From an uncultured Eubacteriales bacterium (GTDB lineage Bacteria > Actinomycetota > Coriobacteriia > Anaerosomatales > JAAXUF01), in NCBI GenBank assembly GCA_964388455.1, contig CAYMAN010000002.1:37535-101534 (forward strand): a DNA stretch of 64,000 nucleotides. The letters are read 5' to 3'. The notes under the pieces are model-generated. The model was not told where the DNA came from. It saw only the letters and a program-made list of their open reading frames with translations, and did not search any database. A program made the position numbers and the translations under genes. Positions 34,710-45,384 of the stretch are shown here, one piece after another (the stretch's first letter is position 1; each line of letters opens with the position of its first letter).

Positions 34710-35813
34710 TTAGAAGCTCACGATCCCGGTCTTGAAGGCGTTGAGGCTCGCGGTGCTGGACTCGATTCTCCAGTCACGCTCCTTGTTCGCGTTGAACCAG
34801 GTGACGCCTACGATCCGCGGGTACGTGGTCGGGATGACCTTGAACATGTTCGAGATCCAGGCGGCCTTGTCTCCACCGACGGTTCCACAGCCTGTCTCGG
34901 CGATGAAGATTGGCTTCGTCGGGGAGAGAGCGGCGCAGGCCTTGTACGCCGGGCCCATCACGCTTGAGAAGCTGCGCCATGTGGAGGAGGTGGTCCCGAA
35001 GTTGTAGCCGTCGATACCGATGGAGTCGACGTAGCTCTCGCCGGGCCAGTACTTCCCGATGGCGTTGGCGGTCGTGTTGGGGACGCTGTCGGCGTTGGGG
35101 CTCCAGACGAACTTCACGTTGGTCGCACCGGCGTTCTTGAAGATGGTGCGCACGTGGCGCCAGGCCGCGATGAAGTCGGCGGGGGTGTTACCCGCAGCGG
35201 TTCCTGCCCAGGGGTACCAGTTGCCGTTCATCTCGTGGAACGGGCGCAGCCACACGGGCTTACCAAAGTTCTTGGCGTTGGTCGCGTACTTGATCAGGTA
35301 GGCGTCCATCGAACCGTTGGCGATCTGCTTGTAGCTGCCGCCGGTCATGACGGATGTGCTCACCGAGGCGTTCCAGAACTCGAGCGTGACCAGCGGGATG
35401 GCCCCGTGATCCGTGATCGCTGCGGACTGGACCTGGGTGAATCCCTGCGAGGTGTTCTGGAAGAAGTTGCGGACTGCGAACTTCTGGCCGACCTTACCCT
35501 CAAGTGTGGTGAGGTTGGTCAGGTTCTCGGCGGAACCCGTCACGTAGGCGCCGACCCAACGATCGGTGACCGAAGCGGTGACCGCGGTGACGGGGGCCGG
35601 ATCGGTGGTCGGCGCAGCGATCGTGGTACTGGGGACGATAGTAGGGGCAGGCTGTGTGCGGGACACCTTGGCGCGACGCTCGATGGCGGCGCGGCGAGAG
35701 GCGGCGGTGGTCTCGGCGGATGCGGTTGCAACCGGGACCAGCATCATCGGGGCTACGAGTGCGCTGACCAGCAGCGTCGAGACTCCCAGGGACATAAACG
35801 GCTTGAGCTTCAC
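34710..35813 (-). CDS. Secreted glycoside hydrolase family 26 protein (beta-mannanase-like fold)
   Basis: GH26-like blocks PVWLRPFHEMNGNWYPWAG, VKFVWSPN, YWPGESYVDSIGIDGYNFG. Signal peptide after a GTG at 35813; the start is uncertain (alternative ATG at 35795). Confidence 0.8.
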   Translation of the reverse strand: MKLKPFMSLGVSTLLVSALVAPMMLVPVATASAETTAASRRAAIERRAKVSRTQPAPTIVPSTTIAAPTTDPAPVTAVTASVTDRWVGAYVTGSAENLTNLTTLEGKVGQKFAVRNFFQNTSQGFTQVQSAAITDHGAIPLVTLEFWNASVSTSVMTGGSYKQIANGSMDAYLIKYATNAKNFGKPVWLRPFHEMNGNWYPWAGTAAGNTPADFIAAWRHVRTIFKNAGATNVKFVWSPNADSVPNTTANAIGKYWPGESYVDSIGIDGYNFGTTSSTWRSFSSVMGPAYKACAALSPTKPIFIAETGCGTVGGDKAAWISNMFKVIPTTYPRIVGVTWFNANKERDWRIESSTASLNAFKTGIVSF

Positions 35814-36103
35814 AATCCTCACCCTTCGGTAGCCTGGCTGTCTCAGCTTGTGAGACCCTTTGGCTTTGCGTCCCCGCCTCACGACGGGTTTGCCTTTGTC
35901 ACGGGAGGGCTCGGATCGCCCAACCCAAATGTTCATCTGTCACAGTTATCGGTCACAGCGTGCAGCACTTGAGTGATTTCCATCACATTTCTCGCACGGG
36001 CCGACGAACGGCTGACGAACGGTCGGTGTGTGGAATCGACGGTCACATGTGGAACAATCAGCCCTATACGAATTCGCCGAACGGACAGGACGCCGTACAC
36101 CGC

Positions 36104-37840
36104 ATGAGTCTCCGCACCCACGAAACCGCTCCCGGGACGCCCGATAGCGGACGCGTCAGGACAGCCGTTCTCGTGCTCACGTGGACCCTGATCGGGTTGG
36201 CGTTGCGTGTCGCGAGCATGAACACACGTGGTCTGTGGCTGGACGAGGCGATCACGGTCAAGCAGGCGAGCCGGGTGTTCCTGCGGGTCATCCAGAAGCT
36301 CGCGACCGGCGTGCACCCGCCGCTCTATCACATCACGATGCATTTCTGGCTCAAGTACTTTGGCAAGAGCGAGATCGCGCTTCGGTCGTTCTCGGTGATC
36401 ATCGGGGTGATCGCCATTCCCGTGGCCTATTGGGCCGGTAAGCGAATCTACGATCGCCGAACGGGCCTCATCGCAGCCGGGCTGATCGCGCTTTCACCGT
36501 TTCAGATCTGGTACTCGCAAGAGGCGCGTATGTACACGCTGCTCTTCCTGGGCGGACTGCTGTCGACCACGTTCCTGGTCCTCGCCGTCCGCGAGAACCG
36601 CAAGCACCTCTGGGTCGGCTACCTTGTCTTCACCACGATGGGGCTGTTCACCCACTACTTCTTCCTGTTCCTGATGGTGGGGCAGATTCTGTTCTACGTG
36701 TTTGGAATCGTGTGGATCACCGAGCGCGACGCGCGGCACGCGAAGACGGCGCAAGCGTCGTGGCGAAATCCCCGCGGGCTCTATACCGACGTGCCGACAC
36801 TGCGTCCCTGGCTGATCGTGTCGTTGTGTATGGCGCTGTTGGTGGGAACCTGGCTCGCCAACTCGATCTTCGTGCCCGCCGAGAACGGGCCCAATGCACT
36901 CGTCGGCTCGGTCGCCGGCTCGGGTCTGGGCTATGGGCAGGAGGCACCGCACCTGGCGCTGCGGTTCAACGACGTCGCGATCGTGGTCACCCAGATGACG
37001 GTCGGCTTCCACAGTCCCGCCGTTATGGGCGCGTTCGTCTCGCTGTGGCCCGGTCTGATCTACCTCGTGTTCGTGCTGATGGGACTTATCCGACCTGTGC
37101 GGATGTGGACCTGGGTTCTCCTGGTCACAGCCAGCGGCATCTTAACTATGTTTCTTCTCGGCCAATGGCAAGGTCAGATCCTGGCTTCTCGGTACTTCAT
37201 GGCGGTTGCGGCTCCGGCGTTCCTGCTCGCGGCACGACTGCTGGCGAAACTCAAGCGGCGGCATGCGCACCCATTAATGGTCGTGATGGTCGTTGTGGCG
37301 TTGGTGGCATGGGCCGATCAGTCGTACAACCCGAACAACGCCATGACCCACGACGACCGTGCCGCTTTTCAGACGATCGTCGCGAACTACAAGCCGGGCG
37401 ATACGGTGATTTACGCTCCGTTCTATCTCGACCCGCTCGCGGCCTACTACCTTCCCAGGTCGATTCCGCAGTACGGGATGCCTCGATACGGTCAGTACGA
37501 CGTGTTGCGCAACACGCAGGCACAGATCGACGAGGATACGGCTAGAATCGCCGGGTCGGCGAAACGCGTGTGGGTACTGCTTTCGTTCCAGGATATCGAT
37601 CCGGTTCGCAACGACTCCCAAGCGATCCGCTACTGGATGAAGCACAACGGCTACACCGTGGAGAAGCAGTCGTCGCTCAACCAGGTCGAGCTACTGCTCT
37701 ACGTGCCCCCCGAGGTCGTCGTCCCGCCGTCGTTCTTCACGCCGGAATCGTCTACGACTGCCACGACCTCCACAACCCCCACGACCTCCACGACGCCCAC
37801 ATCACCGATCGAGACCACCGGGACGGTGATCGCACCGTGA
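36104..37840 (+). CDS. GT-C fold glycosyltransferase, family 39 / PMT_2 (ArnT-like), with a Thr/Pro-rich C-terminal tail
   Basis: LWLDEAIT.., RSFSVIIGVIAIPVAYWAGKRIYD, SPFQIWYSQEARMYTLLF. Polytopic. Tail is TTATTSTTPTTSTTPTSP. Start uncertain (36047 or 36104). Confidence 0.75.
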   Translation: MSLRTHETAPGTPDSGRVRTAVLVLTWTLIGLALRVASMNTRGLWLDEAITVKQASRVFLRVIQKLATGVHPPLYHITMHFWLKYFGKSEIALRSFSVIIGVIAIPVAYWAGKRIYDRRTGLIAAGLIALSPFQIWYSQEARMYTLLFLGGLLSTTFLVLAVRENRKHLWVGYLVFTTMGLFTHYFFLFLMVGQILFYVFGIVWITERDARHAKTAQASWRNPRGLYTDVPTLRPWLIVSLCMALLVGTWLANSIFVPAENGPNALVGSVAGSGLGYGQEAPHLALRFNDVAIVVTQMTVGFHSPAVMGAFVSLWPGLIYLVFVLMGLIRPVRMWTWVLLVTASGILTMFLLGQWQGQILASRYFMAVAAPAFLLAARLLAKLKRRHAHPLMVVMVVVALVAWADQSYNPNNAMTHDDRAAFQTIVANYKPGDTVIYAPFYLDPLAAYYLPRSIPQYGMPRYGQYDVLRNTQAQIDEDTARIAGSAKRVWVLLSFQDIDPVRNDSQAIRYWMKHNGYTVEKQSSLNQVELLLYVPPEVVVPPSFFTPESSTTATTSTTPTTSTTPTSPIETTGTVIAP

Positions 37841-39336
37841 ACAGCAGCTACACAGTCGCGGAGCGTCGAGCCGCCTATCTGCGCAACTGCCGACTGCTCT
37901 CAGCGGCATGTGCGATCGCGGGCGCGTATTACCTGTGGTGGTTGATTGTCGACGCAAGAGCGGCGAACCCGTATCTGTATGCGATTCTGATCGGCGCGGA
38001 GCTGTTCAACCTCGTGCAGGCCGCAGGGTTCTGGCTCACTATCTCGAACCAGAAGTGGACCGTGCCGCCCGACGCCGACTTCTCGGCCTCGGGGGAGCGG
38101 ATCGACGCGTTCATCACGGTGTACGGCGAGCCCCACGACGTGGTCGAGAACACGATCCGTGCTGTCTCGGCGATACGTCATCCTCGGCTGAGCGTTTGGG
38201 TACTTGACGACGGCCCGGACCCGGGCATCGCCAGAATCGCCGAGCGCCACGGCGCCGCCTACGTCACCAGGCCCAACCGTATCGGCGCCAAGGCCGGCAA
38301 CGTCAACCACGCGCTCAAGCTCGCGGGCGGCGACTTCATCATCATCTTCGACGCCGACCATGCGCCGGTCCCCGAGTTCCTCGAGCGCACCATGGCCTGC
38401 TTCGCCGATCCGACCGTGGCGTTCGTGCAGACGCCGCAGTCGTACCGCAACCGCTTCGAGAACCGTGTGGCCGCCGGAGCCCACGAGCAGCAGGCGCTGT
38501 TCTACGGTCCCATCCTGCGCGGCAAGGACAGCGCGGGGGCCGTCTTCAGTTGCGGCACCAACGTCGTCTTCCGGCGCACCGCACTCGAGCAGATCGGCGG
38601 ACTCCCCGAGGACTCCATCACCGAGGACCTGCGCGTTTCGCTCATCCTCAAGAAGCTGCGCTGGACCTCGGTGTACGTCTCAGAGGTGTTGGCGACGGGG
38701 CTGGGGCCGGTCGATGTGCGCGGGTATTTCAGCCAGCAGATGCGTTGGGCGCGAGGCGGGCTTGAGATCCTGATGCGGCGACTGCCCTTCTTCGCAGGTA
38801 TCGGCCCAGCGCGTGGCTTGCAGTACGGACTCAGCTTTCTGTACTGGTTCACGGGCATCGCGTATGCGGGCTACATCGTGCTTCCGCTGGCGTTCCTGTT
38901 CTTCGGTCTGCGTCCGGTTCAGGTCCCAAACGAGTACCCCAGCCACTTCCTGCCTTACGTCTTCATCACGCTGCTCACGATGGTCTACGCGTCCGAGTTC
39001 ACGCTGACGTTTCGAGGAATCTGGTTCACGCTGGCGGCCTTCCCCGTACACACGGCCGCGCTGCTGCAGTCGATCTTTGGCCGTGCCGCGCGGTTCGTTG
39101 TGACCTCCAAGGTGGCGGGTAAGCGGAGTCTTCGACCGGTATGGGTGCACGTGCTTACGGTCACCGCGCTGAGCCTGGCGATTCCGTACGGCATCCTCAC
39201 CACGGGGGTCACCCCGTCGGTCGTGAACAACCTCGCGTTCGCTTTGGGGCATATTCTTATCGTGTCAGGGTTTTTGCGTTACGCGGTCCGGCCTGAGAAT
39301 CCGGATCACAACGAGCCTGCGAACACTACAGACTAG
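37837..39336 (+). CDS. Processive family-2 glycosyltransferase of the cellulose-synthase (BcsA/CslA-like) type, lacking a PilZ domain
   Basis: GTGA overlap with the GT39 stop. VWVLDDG, IIFDADH, TEDL, QQMRWARG (QxxRW), FVVTSK (FxVTxK). No RxxxR..DxSxxG PilZ motif in the C-terminus. Confidence 0.85.
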   Translation: MNSSYTVAERRAAYLRNCRLLSAACAIAGAYYLWWLIVDARAANPYLYAILIGAELFNLVQAAGFWLTISNQKWTVPPDADFSASGERIDAFITVYGEPHDVVENTIRAVSAIRHPRLSVWVLDDGPDPGIARIAERHGAAYVTRPNRIGAKAGNVNHALKLAGGDFIIIFDADHAPVPEFLERTMACFADPTVAFVQTPQSYRNRFENRVAAGAHEQQALFYGPILRGKDSAGAVFSCGTNVVFRRTALEQIGGLPEDSITEDLRVSLILKKLRWTSVYVSEVLATGLGPVDVRGYFSQQMRWARGGLEILMRRLPFFAGIGPARGLQYGLSFLYWFTGIAYAGYIVLPLAFLFFGLRPVQVPNEYPSHFLPYVFITLLTMVYASEFTLTFRGIWFTLAAFPVHTAALLQSIFGRAARFVVTSKVAGKRSLRPVWVHVLTVTALSLAIPYGILTTGVTPSVVNNLAFALGHILIVSGFLRYAVRPENPDHNEPANTTD

Positions 39337-39359
39337 TCTTCAGGGAAGTGAGGCCGGCG

Positions 39360-40592
39360 ATGAGGGCACCTGGAAACCGTCGCCCGTTCTTGAACTTCTT
39401 CGCCAAGGTCGTCGTGCTCGCTGCGGTGTTGTCCGCGGTGTCTGCGACCACCGGTTGTCGTGCGCTCATCGAGGCCGGCAAGGGTTCGTCGGCCGAGAAG
39501 CCCGGCAGCGTGAACGCGTCCGAAGTCCCCGACCCTGTCCTCCCGTCGCTGCCCGTCGCACCGCTTCCCCTTGCTGAGAAGGTCCGACCACCGGAGACGG
39601 GCGCATATCTCGGGATGTACTCGCCGCCGGCGCCGTTCACTCTGGGAAGAGTCGACTCGTTCGAGCAGCAAGCCGGCAAGGACGTGTCCATCGTGATGTG
39701 GTACCAACCATGGGCGACCAACAACCGCGCGCGCTTCGATGGCGCTGCATGTCTCGAGATCATGCGCCGAGGAAAAGTCCCGATGATCACGTGGGAGCCG
39801 TGGGATCCGGGTTCCGATGCGAACCTGGTCAAGGACGCTACTAAACAGTCGAAGTATCGGCTGAAGGCCATCACCTCCGGACGTTACGACGCCTATCTCC
39901 GACAGTGGGCGATTGACATACGCACACTCGGCGGGCCGGTAATGCTGCGGCCGATGCACGAGATGAACGGAAACTGGTACCCGTGGTGTGGCACGGTGAA
40001 CGGCAACACACCCGCGGAGTTCGTGAAGGCGTGGCGACATATCCACGACATCTTCGAGGAAGAGGGAGCGACCAACGTCACGTGGGTGTGGAGTATTAAT
40101 CATGTGAGCGTTCCGGACACTAAGGAGAACGCGTACGCCGCCTACTACCCGGGCGACGAATACGTGGACTGGACCTCCATCAGCGGCTTCAACTGGGGGA
40201 CGACCAGCAGGTACGCAAGCTGGCAACCGTTCATGCATTGGTACGAGCAACCGATCAAGTATCTGAAGCGGATCAAGAAGCCGATCATCATCTCGGAGTT
40301 CGGGTCGGTCGAGAAGGGCGGCAAGAAGAACGTCTGGATCACTGATGCGTATAAGCGGATCCGCGCGCTTCCGAAGGTACGGGGAGTCATCTACTATGAC
40401 TCCATCGAGCGCAGCAAGACCAGCACACAGGACTGGCGCATCAACTCGTCAAAGGCCAGCCTTGCGGCGTTCAGGGTCGCAATAGCACCCGACTACTTCT
40501 ATTCGACGGCGCCTGAAGCACTCTCCAACTGGGCAAGTTCATTGGACGAGGATGACTGGCGGTATCTCGTCTTACTTAAGCCGATCTACTGA
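39360..40592 (+). CDS. GH26-family glycoside hydrolase, probable lipoprotein (second paralog)
   Basis: SATTGC lipobox-like segment. PVMLRPMHEMNGNWYPWCG, VTWVWSIN, YYPGDEYVDWTSISGFNWG. Confidence 0.8.
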   Translation: MRAPGNRRPFLNFFAKVVVLAAVLSAVSATTGCRALIEAGKGSSAEKPGSVNASEVPDPVLPSLPVAPLPLAEKVRPPETGAYLGMYSPPAPFTLGRVDSFEQQAGKDVSIVMWYQPWATNNRARFDGAACLEIMRRGKVPMITWEPWDPGSDANLVKDATKQSKYRLKAITSGRYDAYLRQWAIDIRTLGGPVMLRPMHEMNGNWYPWCGTVNGNTPAEFVKAWRHIHDIFEEEGATNVTWVWSINHVSVPDTKENAYAAYYPGDEYVDWTSISGFNWGTTSRYASWQPFMHWYEQPIKYLKRIKKPIIISEFGSVEKGGKKNVWITDAYKRIRALPKVRGVIYYDSIERSKTSTQDWRINSSKASLAAFRVAIAPDYFYSTAPEALSNWASSLDEDDWRYLVLLKPIY

Positions 40593-40614
40593 TGAACGCG
40601 CGGAGGCGGTAGGT

Positions 40615-41742
40615 ATGCCGATCAGAACGACCCGTGAGCTCGTGGCCGCGCTGGGCCTGGGAGCACCTCAGGATCCCATCGATGTCACCATCGTGCTGCC
40701 GGCATATAACGAGGTCGATAACGTCCCGGGTAGTTACGAAGAGATCGTGGCCGTGATGCGGACGACCGACCTCGACTACGAGTTCATCTTCGTCGACGAC
40801 GGTTCCTGCGACGGCACGTGGGAGGCCATCAACGAGCTCGCCCTGAGCGACACGCGAGTTCGAGGGCTGCGCCACCGCCAGAACTCCGGCAAGGCGAGCG
40901 CGCTGGCCAACGGCATCACCTACGCTCGCGGCCGGATCGTCGCGATTGTGGATGCGGACCTGCAGTACCACGCGATCGATGTCCTGCGCGTGATCGAGCA
41001 GGCGGGTGTCGGTTACGAGGCCGTCACCGCGTCCAAGGTGCTGCGCAAGGACCGGCTCACGAAGCGCTTACCGTCGAAGTTCTTCAACGCGTTTGTGCGC
41101 CGCATGACCGGCGTGAAGCTGCACGACATGAACGCCGGCCTGAAGGCATTCAGCTACGAGGCGGCCAATGAGCTTGTGCGCTACGGCTACGGCGAGCTTC
41201 ACCGATTCTTCATGGTGATCCTCGCGGTGAAGGGCTACTCGGTCCACGAGGTCGAGGTCGAGAGCCGTCCGCGTGTCTCCGGCACCACCAAGTACGGCAC
41301 GGAACGCTATTTGCGCGGGGCGATGGACTTCCTCACCATCTTCTTCCTGTCGGGATACCTCGAGCGCCCGCTACACCTCTTCGGTGGCATAGGCGTCGCC
41401 CTGATGGCGACGGGCACGTTCTTCGCGACCTACACCATCGCGGGCAACCTGTTCGGATTCTCGTATCCCGGCGGAGGCACGTTCTTCTCGTTCGGCGCGC
41501 TGATGATCCTCACCGGCATCCAGCTCTTCGGAGTCGGATTCGTCGCCGAGATGATCGGGAATCTCGAGGGTGCCGTGCGATCCAAGGGCAAGGTCTCCGA
41601 GGTCATCGGCATCGAGCGACGCTCGAATCGCTCCAGCACCGCAGGCGTGGTAGTGGACCGCCGCGAGCAGTCTGCCGCGCATCAGATCGTCATCGAGCGA
41701 GAGGCTGCGGCCAAGGACGCCGACGAGGCCTTGCAGCGTTAG
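40615..41742 (+). CDS. GtrB/DPM1-like GT2: polyprenyl-phosphate sugar synthase with C-terminal TM helices
   Basis: GGAGG RBS. VLPAYNE, FVDDGSCDGT, VDADLQ. Two or more C-terminal TM helices. Confidence 0.85.
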   Translation: MPIRTTRELVAALGLGAPQDPIDVTIVLPAYNEVDNVPGSYEEIVAVMRTTDLDYEFIFVDDGSCDGTWEAINELALSDTRVRGLRHRQNSGKASALANGITYARGRIVAIVDADLQYHAIDVLRVIEQAGVGYEAVTASKVLRKDRLTKRLPSKFFNAFVRRMTGVKLHDMNAGLKAFSYEAANELVRYGYGELHRFFMVILAVKGYSVHEVEVESRPRVSGTTKYGTERYLRGAMDFLTIFFLSGYLERPLHLFGGIGVALMATGTFFATYTIAGNLFGFSYPGGGTFFSFGALMILTGIQLFGVGFVAEMIGNLEGAVRSKGKVSEVIGIERRSNRSSTAGVVVDRREQSAAHQIVIEREAAAKDADEALQR

Positions 41743-41753
41743 CCGCGCCAGCC

Positions 41754-42638
41754 CTATCGCCTCGCACTGGTGACGTATTCCCACGCGAACCCGGCCTGCT
41801 GCAGCGCGATGCTCGCTCCCAGCAGCGGAACGATCGCGACGATCTTGGGGTCACTGCGATGCAGCCAGAGAATCGTCTTGTAGCTGGCAAGTCGGCGCCC
41901 GATGGTGCCGCCTGCCGGTACCCTTCGCGAGAACTGGCATGCCGCGCGTCCTCGGCGGAAGAACCAGCGACCGAACTCCGGGAGACTGCTGCGCGCGTCG
42001 TGCTCGACCAGCGCGGTGGGCTGGAACTTCACACGCAGCCCCGCCGAGGAGATTCGGTGCGAAAGCTCACCGTCTTCGCCGCCAAATATCAACGACTCGT
42101 CGAACGGCCCCACGCGGGTGAAGGTCTCGTCGCGCAGGGCACAGTTGAGTGTGGAGATGTGCGTGGTGAAGCCTTGGTCGTCGACCGGGAACATCACTGC
42201 GAACCCGGTACTTCCGCCAGCGGGAAACCCGAGAGCTGAGATCGAGTCACCCAGGAAGGTCGACGGCCGAATACGAACGTTGCCCATGACGGCGTGGACC
42301 GTCGGGTCGTCGAGGGGGGCGAGAAGCTGCGGCAACCAGTCGTCCGCCGGCCAGCAGTCGTCATCTACGAATACAACGGTATCGCCCTGGGCGGCTTCGA
42401 GTGCGCGGTTGCGGTTGTAGCCCAGACCGCGCGTCGCGGGAATGCTCAGCAACGAGACATCTTCGCTCAGGTGCTCGCGCGCGGCCACGTCTGCGACTTG
42501 CGGGTTCTCGGCGACGATGATGACTTCGCCGGAGAGGGAGTCGGAGCGCTCGGCGGCGAGCAGTTCCGCGAGTCGGCTGGCGAGTGCGCCAACCTCGGGG
42601 GTCATGCCCCGCGTGACGATTAGCAGGCTTACCTTCAC
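41754..42638 (-). CDS. Family-2 glycosyltransferase (GT-A)
   Basis: The GTG overlaps the flippase stop (GTGA). SLLIVTRG, VVFVDDDCWP. Confidence 0.75.
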   Translation of the reverse strand: MKVSLLIVTRGMTPEVGALASRLAELLAAERSDSLSGEVIIVAENPQVADVAAREHLSEDVSLLSIPATRGLGYNRNRALEAAQGDTVVFVDDDCWPADDWLPQLLAPLDDPTVHAVMGNVRIRPSTFLGDSISALGFPAGGSTGFAVMFPVDDQGFTTHISTLNCALRDETFTRVGPFDESLIFGGEDGELSHRISSAGLRVKFQPTALVEHDARSSLPEFGRWFFRRGRAACQFSRRVPAGGTIGRRLASYKTILWLHRSDPKIVAIVPLLGASIALQQAGFAWEYVTSARR

Positions 42639-44095
42639 GTGAGACCGCCCTTGATCGCTTCGATGTCTTTGCGCGTGATGGCGCGTGTCAGGAAGAGCAT
42701 GCCCGCAAACGCGAGTGCGAACACGGCGTACCACGCGATCAGCCATGCATTTGCTGCGGGATCGATCAGCCATGCCGCGAGACCCACGACAACGGCCGGT
42801 ACCAGCAGCCGCAGGAAGGTAGAGCCCAGCTGTAAGTTCATGTGACGGCGCATCGCCGCGAACGCGAGCACGGTACCCACCACGTAGGAGGCCGCGACGG
42901 CGATCGCGGTGCCGTTGTAACCGACTTGCGAGGTGAGAATCAGTGCGGCGACGATTTCGGCTCCCAGAATCGACAGCACACCGATCAGCACCGCGCGCCC
43001 ATGCCCCTCGATGAGCAGCAGTGGCGCCATCGCCACGCCGAGCATGCCGATTCCGGTACCCACGCCCAAGATGGCGAGGACGGCCGCGCCCGGGGCGTAG
43101 TCTGCCGAGAAGACGAAGGTGAGCAGAGCGCCGGCCGTCGGTACGATCACCGCGATCCATAGTCCACCGGCTGCGACCAGTAGCCGTGTCACTTGGCTGA
43201 CGTAGTGACGCATACGGTCGGTGTCACCACGACGATGGGCATCGCTGTAGGCCGCATACATGCCCCATACGATGCCGGAGGACAGGGTTATCGGCACGTG
43301 TGCGAAGAGGCCGGCCGCGCGGTAGAAGCCTGCGTCGGCGGCTGGCAGCATCGCCTTCACGATCCAGAGGTCCGCCGAGACAGCGAGTGATTGGGACAGG
43401 ATCAGCGCCGCGGGGACCACGGAGCCACGGATGGCGTCGCGGGCGGTATGAGTGGTGCGTACCGCGCTGTCTCCCACGAGCCTGCGGCCGCGAAACCTCC
43501 ATACGATGATCGCGTACGCGATGGTTGCCCCCACAACGGAAGCAGAGATGCTGCCTAGGATGGCACCCATCACGGCGAGACCGGAACCCACGAGCAGCAT
43601 CGTCGCCATCAGCTTCGCGAGCGAGTAGGTGATGTAGGTGGTGGCTTGGAGTACGTACTCTCGGCCGCCCATGATGACGCCCTGGAACAGCGCGAGCAGT
43701 GCGAACAACGGGAGGTCCAGGGCGGCGACCCGATACAGCATCGTGTCCTCGGGCGTGCCGAAGAGACGGGCGAGTAGCGGTGTGATCAGGATCAGTATGA
43801 CCGCCAGTGAGACGGACAGACCGAGCTGTGCATACAGGTACGAGCGGGGGATGAGCGCACCGTCTGCATCGGAGTCCACCACGCGCATGACCCACAGGGG
43901 GAGTGCCTCGGCAACGAAGAGCTCGAACCACGCGAGCACCGTGATGATGACAGCCAGCAGTCCGAAGAGATCGGGGCCAAGCTGACGGGCCAGGAACACG
44001 TTGAGCGCGTAAGAGAGGCCCACGGTGACGACGCGGCTTGCGGTGAGAACGACGCTGCCACGCGTCAGGGATGTGCTGTTCTTGGCTGCGGCCAC
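42635..44095 (-). CDS. Polysaccharide biosynthesis protein / Wzx-like (MOP superfamily) flippase
   Basis: GTG start. About 12-14 TM helices. N-terminus SLTRGSVVLTASRVVTVGLSYALNVFLARQLGP is typical of the family. Confidence 0.75.
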   Translation of the reverse strand: MAAAKNSTSLTRGSVVLTASRVVTVGLSYALNVFLARQLGPDLFGLLAVIITVLAWFELFVAEALPLWVMRVVDSDADGALIPRSYLYAQLGLSVSLAVILILITPLLARLFGTPEDTMLYRVAALDLPLFALLALFQGVIMGGREYVLQATTYITYSLAKLMATMLLVGSGLAVMGAILGSISASVVGATIAYAIIVWRFRGRRLVGDSAVRTTHTARDAIRGSVVPAALILSQSLAVSADLWIVKAMLPAADAGFYRAAGLFAHVPITLSSGIVWGMYAAYSDAHRRGDTDRMRHYVSQVTRLLVAAGGLWIAVIVPTAGALLTFVFSADYAPGAAVLAILGVGTGIGMLGVAMAPLLLIEGHGRAVLIGVLSILGAEIVAALILTSQVGYNGTAIAVAASYVVGTVLAFAAMRRHMNLQLGSTFLRLLVPAVVVGLAAWLIDPAANAWLIAWYAVFALAFAGMLFLTRAITRKDIEAIKGGLT

Positions 44096-44193
44096 GCGGG
44101 TAGCCCTTCGGCAGTACGGACGTCAGGTCGTGAGCTCCACTCTAGCCCAGCATCGGCCGCATCGCACCCTTCGGGGAGGGGTACAGTCAGTTC

Positions 44194-45372
44194 ATGCATA
44201 CGCAGTTGATCTCTGATGAGTCGGAGTTCGTGGCCCTGCAGCCTGAGTGGGATGGCGTGCTATCGGCGTCCAATCAGGACGCGCCGTTCCTGCGACACGA
44301 CTGGCTTTTGCAGTGGTGGCGTGCCTTCGGATGCGGGGAGCTTGCGATCGTCACCTGCAGAGACGACGACACCGGCGCGCTTCTTGGCGTGCTGCCGGCC
44401 TACCGAAGCCGCGTGGGGGTCGTATGGCCTGTACGCACGCTGAGGCTGCTCGGAGATGGCCGATCTGGCAGTTCCGCACTCGGTGCCTTCGCGATCCGAA
44501 CTGCCGAGGAACCTGTACTCGAGCGGTTGGTGGCAGCGGCACTCGACGATTTCGGCATGTGGGAGGCGCTCGAGCTGCGCTACGTGCGGCTCGAGGAACC
44601 GTTCGCGCTAATGGTGCTCGCCCACATCGAGTCTCACGTTCCGCGAGCCACTGTGAGTCTCTCGGCGGATCTGTTCGCCCGCCCGTGTATCGATCTGCAT
44701 GGAAGCTGGGACGAGTATCTCGCGCGGTCACTGAGTCCCGAGAGACGCCGCCGCATCAGAAACACCCTGCGTCGGGCAGAACGTGCGGGTGCGACAACTG
44801 AGCGAATCACCACCGAGGAAGCACTCGAGACCTCACTTGACGATGCCATCAAGATTCATGAGCTGCGGATGCGAGAAGTCGTGAGCCCGCAGTTCGTGGT
44901 GACGGTCGCCCAACGGCAGTTCTGGCACGCGACCTGCCGCTCGCTTCTAGCGGAGGACCGACTGAGATTGAGCTTTCTGGTCGTGGAAGGCCAGCGTGTC
45001 GGATGTTCCTGCCAGATGCGTTACGGCGATACGCGATACGCGATGTGGGGCGGATTTCTCGGAGGCTGGGCGCGCATCCAGCCGCCCAAAGTGCTGTTCT
45101 GTTCGCATGTGCAGGATGCCATCGCCGAGGGATGCGTGATGCTCGACTACGGTTTGGGGGAAGTCGCGTACAAGTCGAGTTGGGGCGCGGTCCGAGCCGA
45201 GCGGTTCGGGACGCTGCGCGCGTATCGGGCGACACTGCATGGGCAGCTCGCGCGGGCGCGAGGGGCGACCGTGATCGCCGCTCAGCAGGCGATCGATGCG
45301 GCGCCCGAGCGTCTGCGGCGACCACTGTGGAACCTCGCGCAGGTAGCACGCGGCTTGTTGCGCTCGAGGTAG
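44194..45372 (+). CDS. CelD/BcsL-like GNAT-fold protein (Acetyltransf_6-type)
   Basis: EWDGVL..APFLRHDWLLQWWRAFG N-terminus, plus C-terminal ..YAMWGGF..MLDYGLGEVAYKSSWG. Confidence 0.7.
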   Translation: MHTQLISDESEFVALQPEWDGVLSASNQDAPFLRHDWLLQWWRAFGCGELAIVTCRDDDTGALLGVLPAYRSRVGVVWPVRTLRLLGDGRSGSSALGAFAIRTAEEPVLERLVAAALDDFGMWEALELRYVRLEEPFALMVLAHIESHVPRATVSLSADLFARPCIDLHGSWDEYLARSLSPERRRRIRNTLRRAERAGATTERITTEEALETSLDDAIKIHELRMREVVSPQFVVTVAQRQFWHATCRSLLAEDRLRLSFLVVEGQRVGCSCQMRYGDTRYAMWGGFLGGWARIQPPKVLFCSHVQDAIAEGCVMLDYGLGEVAYKSSWGAVRAERFGTLRAYRATLHGQLARARGATVIAAQQAIDAAPERLRRPLWNLAQVARGLLRSR

Positions 45373-45384
45373 CGACTGCGGCGT